64,000 nucleotides of DNA from Protoeuglena noctilucae (Eukaryota). A model generated the notes under the pieces. The model worked only from the letters and a program-made list of their open reading frames with translations, did no database searches and was not told where the DNA came from. Positions 59,706 through 64,000 of this stretch are shown piece by piece. How positions within the stretch are numbered: position 1 is the stretch's first letter; every line of letters begins with the position of its first letter. The position numbers and the translations under genes are program-made. The stretch spans positions 558,001 to 622,000 of the forward strand of contig OY253688.1 in assembly GCA_958009085.1 (NCBI GenBank), given 5' to 3'.

Positions 59706-62602
59706 TCACAGCCTCGCCAGATCCCTCATTCCCGGCAGCACCACCCCGCCGCTCCTCCCCGCCCCATTCACCGCCGTCAGTCCCCCCATCGCCCGCGCCA
59801 TCTGCCGCGCCACCCGCGCCGCGTTGACCCACTCCGCAAACAGATCCACCTTCTGCGTGAATACTTAGAGTAATGATTGTCTGTATTATGTAACAATCAA
59901 CCTCACTGCCACCCCCACTGCTACCCTCGCCCCCACTACCACCCCCACCGCTACCCCAACCCCCCCCAACCACCAACTCACCGCACCCAGCTGCCTCCGC
60001 ACGTCCGGGTCGTCCACTTGCAGGTGGTCCGAGTAGTCGATTTTCAAAAAGGGGATGCCCTTAAGCAACAGGTGGGCGTCCCCATGAACAGCGCTGCCGT
60101 CCTCCAGGCTGGCGTTGGCCTGCGGGAGTGGCGGTGGTGATAATAATAAGGGGATTATTTAGGATATTGAAAATAACAGTGATAGCATAAGTTGAGTGAA
60201 CACCAGTTGATAAAACAAGTAACACGCTTTTACTACGCATATATCAACATATATACCTTCATCTATCTGTCACCTTCGGATCCAGCACGAACAGGTGATC
60301 CGCGATCTCCGGCGGCGGCGGGGGCACCGCCAGCCCCGCGGCTGCCGGGTCATAGGGGGCAGGCACGCCCGCCCTCGTCGCAGGCCGTACCCCGCCCCTC
60401 CCGTCCGGGACCACCAGCCCCGGCGGCCCCGACTGGGGCAGCAGCACGTTCCCCGCCATGCCGGGAATGCCCTCCCAGGGCGCCGAACGTGCTCTGAGCC
60501 CAGGGGGCTCCCAGGCCCCCTTTCGTGCTGCGTCCGTGAACTGCCGGATCGGCACCTCCCTCGTGAACCAGTCTTCGTGCTTTTGGTGCAGGCTCTGGAT
60601 GTAGTTGGGGCTCATGTTTTGTTCCTCGGCCCGCCCTCGCTTGCCGATGCGCTGCATGGCGACGTCGGGGTCGACTCGCAAATAGACGAAGCCGTCCGGG
60701 ATGAGGACCTCCCGCTGGTGTTGCACGACGCGGCTGGGGGGTGGGGTGTTGGTGGGGGTGGGGGGTTGGGGTAGGGGGTTGGTGGGGTTGGAGGGAGGTG
60801 CAGGTGGGGTGACGGTGGAGTGGTGGTGGGGTGGTGCAGGTGTGTGGGAAGGCGGCAGTAGTGGTGCGGTGGTAATGCGGGTGTTGTGGTGGCAGTGCTT
60901 ACTTGAACATGTCGTCATATCCACTGCCATCGATCTGTCATCACTCACTTGATCATGTCGTCATATATACAGCCATCCATCTGTTTTCATGAAGTGACTC
61001 ACTTGAACATGTCGTCGTACACCGCCAGCTCCACGTCCCCGATGATGTTGTCCTGCATCATCTGGCGCACAAACACCATACGGTCTGACCACACACTACG
61101 CTCCGTCACCCTGGGGGGAGATTGGGGGATGGGATGCGAGTATAATAATTATGCAATAGTATCTGTAGTACATATGTATTATAATCATGCTATACTTGTT
61201 GTAAATATTGTTGGTAGTAATCATCGCTCCTCACGCTTCCCATCCCTCAACACCTCTCAACATTCCAACACCACATCCCCCACCCCACCCCAACCCACTT
61301 GACCGACTCGGTGAACCCCACCTGACCCTTCACACTACACAACATTCAAATATCCATATCACATCCCAACGCACCTGACCGACTCGGTGAACCCTGCCGT
61401 CTCCTGCACCAGGTTCCACCGCGTCATGAACACATGATTTTGGAACAAATAGGCGTATCGGTGCTGGTCCTTGTAAAACACCTCCAGTGCGTTGATGTTG
61501 CCCTTGAAATAGGGGACCTTGCGCCACTCCTCCACGGGCTGGGGGGGGGAAGGGGTGGGGGTGGGTGGGGGTGGGGGGTGATATGGGGTAGTGGGGTGTG
61601 AGGGGAGAGGGGTGACGTGGTGGGGTGACAGGGCAGTCAAATTGCATGCCAGTGAACCGCCATCCCCCCCTTTCATCCGCACCACATGCCTCCCCCCTTA
61701 TCACCCCCCCTTACAACAAGAAGCACCCCACTCACCTCCGGCACGACCCTCTTCCGATGCGCGTGCAGCCCCGCCTCCTCCTCCCGCCTCCCCTCCACGG
61801 GCGAGTTGAGCATGTCCAGGAACGTGCTCTTGCCCGCACCGATGTTCCCCTCGACCGAAATCGTGACGCGCATGTCCCCCCCCTCGCTCGCACCCTCCTC
61901 GCCCCCCTTGCCCGACCTGTCGTCGTTGGCCTTGATCCAATCAATGATGTTCTGGATATGCCGGGTGTGCTTGATGCCCACGGTCTCGCGAAGGAAGGCT
62001 TTGAATTGGGACTCGTCTCGGCTCTTGTGGAACACGCGGGCGAGGTCACGGGGGCTCGAGACGCCACTCCCGGACAGGCGGGCGCAGTACTGGGGGAGGG
62101 AGAGGGAGAGGGGGTGGTGAAGGGGTGGTGGTGGTGTGGTGAATGCGGGTGAGTGACAGGTGAGACCGGCGCAGTGCTGCTCCTTTCGCAACCGGTCCCA
62201 TCGCCGACCACATATGAGAACAGAAAGCCCCTCTCTGACCCTGTCACTCAGTCACTGATGAAAAACTGACGCCAGCCACGCTCCACGGCTCTACACATCC
62301 CACACAACCCAGCACCACCACTCGCACGCTCGCACCTTGCGCCCGATGCCGTGCACGTCCATCAGCGAGGCCTCCGCGGAGCTTTGCGGGGAAGGCGGCC
62401 GGGGCCTGTTTGCGGCCGATCGCGACGTCCCGATGCGCAGCGCGGGGGACGCGAGGTGCGCGCCGCTGCTGCTGGGCTGCACCGCATCGCCCTCCTCCCC
62501 GTCGCCGCCCGCGTCGGGCGCCGCGTGCGCCGGGACGGACGCCAGGCCCGCAGCGCGCGGGATTAGCGCCGTTCCGCGGAATAGAGCCGCTCGCCGCAGC
62601 AT
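59706..62602 (-). CDS. dNK: Deoxynucleoside kinase (plant dNK type) with N-terminal extension, multi-exon
   Basis: ISVEGNIGAGKSTFL (P-loop), VPEPVEEW, YAYLFQ, ERSVWSDRMVF and PDGFVYLR..QRIGKRGRAEE...HQKHEDWF. Confidence 0.92.
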
Positions 62603-64000
62603 CGGCGGACGGTGCCCGCGCGGAGGGGCACACCGACTGGGGCGGTCCTGCGCGCGCGAGGAAAGCCGAGAAACGTTCCGGAAAGCGCGGGGCGACGCGG
62701 GGTCGGGTGCACGACACGAAGACGAGGAATCGCCGAAGGCGGCGCGGGGCCAGGCGCGCGCGGAGGGGCGCGCGGCGGGGAGGCACCGACGGACGCATGC
62801 GTGGGGGCCCGGGGCGGGCGGGGGCAGCGATAGCCGGGGCCGATAGCGGCATCCTACGTGTCGGAAGGCCACCTCCGAGCGCGCGGAAGCAACCGGGGGC
62901 TCGGCGGGTGCGCGCGGCGCGGCGGGCGCCCTAGCAGGGTGGCGGGAGACTTCCCCGGGCGATGTCGTCCGGAGCCTTTCCCGCGAGGCGCTCACCTGTA
63001 GAATCGCACCGCTGGTTGCCATGTAAGAGCGCTTCCCGTGGGCCAGGCAAGGCGTCCCTTCCTCGTGCCAACGGACGGGCTACCGGCTCGTGGGCCGGGC
63101 AAGGCGGGCCCGCAGCGCTGCCTCGGCGACGATCGTCCTTCGTATACAGCCTTCGCGGCGAATGAGGGCGAAACCGGGCGCGGAGGCGCGCGAGCGGCGC
63201 GAGGGGCGCTAGTGGCAGAGATGCAGGCCCAGGAAGGCGGAAAGGACATCCACGGTTCAGCTGGTAGCGGCGATGTGCGGGGGTTGCGGCTGCGGCGCGT
63301 TCTTTCAGCAAACAACTTTTCTGACACAAGTTCGCGTCGCTTTCATCGGGAAAACCCGGCGATTTGACGTCACTCGGATCAGAAGGATCGCGGGAATCAC
63401 TGGATTCATCCCAGTGATCCCCGGGAATCGCCGGGATCATCCCCGTGATCCCGGCGATTCCCGCCACTGCCGCAGTGATCCCAGCGATCCCGGGCCGCGG
63501 CCCTGACGCGCGTGCGCGTCCCCGCGTTTGCTCAGGGGGCTCGAGAGGAGGCGGAGAGACCGCACATTTGCTAGTTGGTGCTAATGACTGCCTCGGAGGC
63601 CCCTCTCGCGTCCTAAAGCTTGCTCCAGCATGCAGACGGGGGCCGTCGACGCATCCGGGGTCCGCTTCCCCTGCGCCGCCGCTGTTCAACGTGAGATGTC
63701 CATATCTATGCGATGAGCGGGAGCTCGCGGGCTCGCCGGGCCCCCGGGGGCGCCGGGGAGGTCCCCGTGCTCGACCAGGCCTACCGCCGCCGCGGCCGCG
63801 ATCGGGCACGCAGCGCTTGGCCTATGGATTGAGGTGACCTAAATCTCGCTAGCTGCGGCGCCTTTGCCGGCTACGCCGCACGGAGGTGGCTGCTGCATGG
63901 GAGGTGAGCCGTCCCCGCCGTCATGGCGCTGCGGATGGGGGCGCGGGGCTGGCTTCGGAGAATTATCTCGATACAGATGACATCGCCGGCGTCGGGGACC

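Noticed and set aside
61940..62375. HhH-like N-terminal region of dNK as a novel fusion
   Set aside because: As I recall, a similar extension is present in plant dNK, so it is probably a family feature.
1..64000. Hundreds of overlapping Arg/Pro/Ala/Gly-rich ORFs, including long antisense ORFs
   Set aside because: Expected from high GC content and stop-codon scarcity; they shadow real genes and carry no motifs.

Overview
Gene-dense, GC-rich, intron-rich eukaryotic nuclear DNA, most consistent with a green alga (plastid-type CHLH, NTT and CPN10; plant-type LIG6 and dNK). I cannot identify the species. Hand splicing supports about 17 protein-coding genes: COX6B, plastid CPN10, a large low-complexity protein, aspartate aminotransferase, an orphan with a PD-(D/E)xK-like motif, TSPO, a small membrane protein abutting a DDxxD-motif protein, LIG6, CWC27, a PstS-domain multi-pass membrane protein, TAD3, NTT, a WD40 protein, CHLH, an expansin-like protein and dNK. 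The most notable observations are: (1) a secreted-type tandem PstS phosphate-binding ectodomain fused to a multi-TM tail (candidate phosphate sensor); (2) unusual intron biology, with about 10 GC-AG introns, a dozen intronic 'echo' copies of adjacent exon/splice junctions, and G-rich 5' / C-rich 3' self-complementary introns; (3) a candidate bicistronic locus with 2 nt between stop and start; (4) an AT-richer orphan nuclease-like gene with an A12 frameshift. Exon boundaries were inferred by eye and family calls come from remembered motifs, not database searches. No rRNA, tRNA or CRISPR array was seen.
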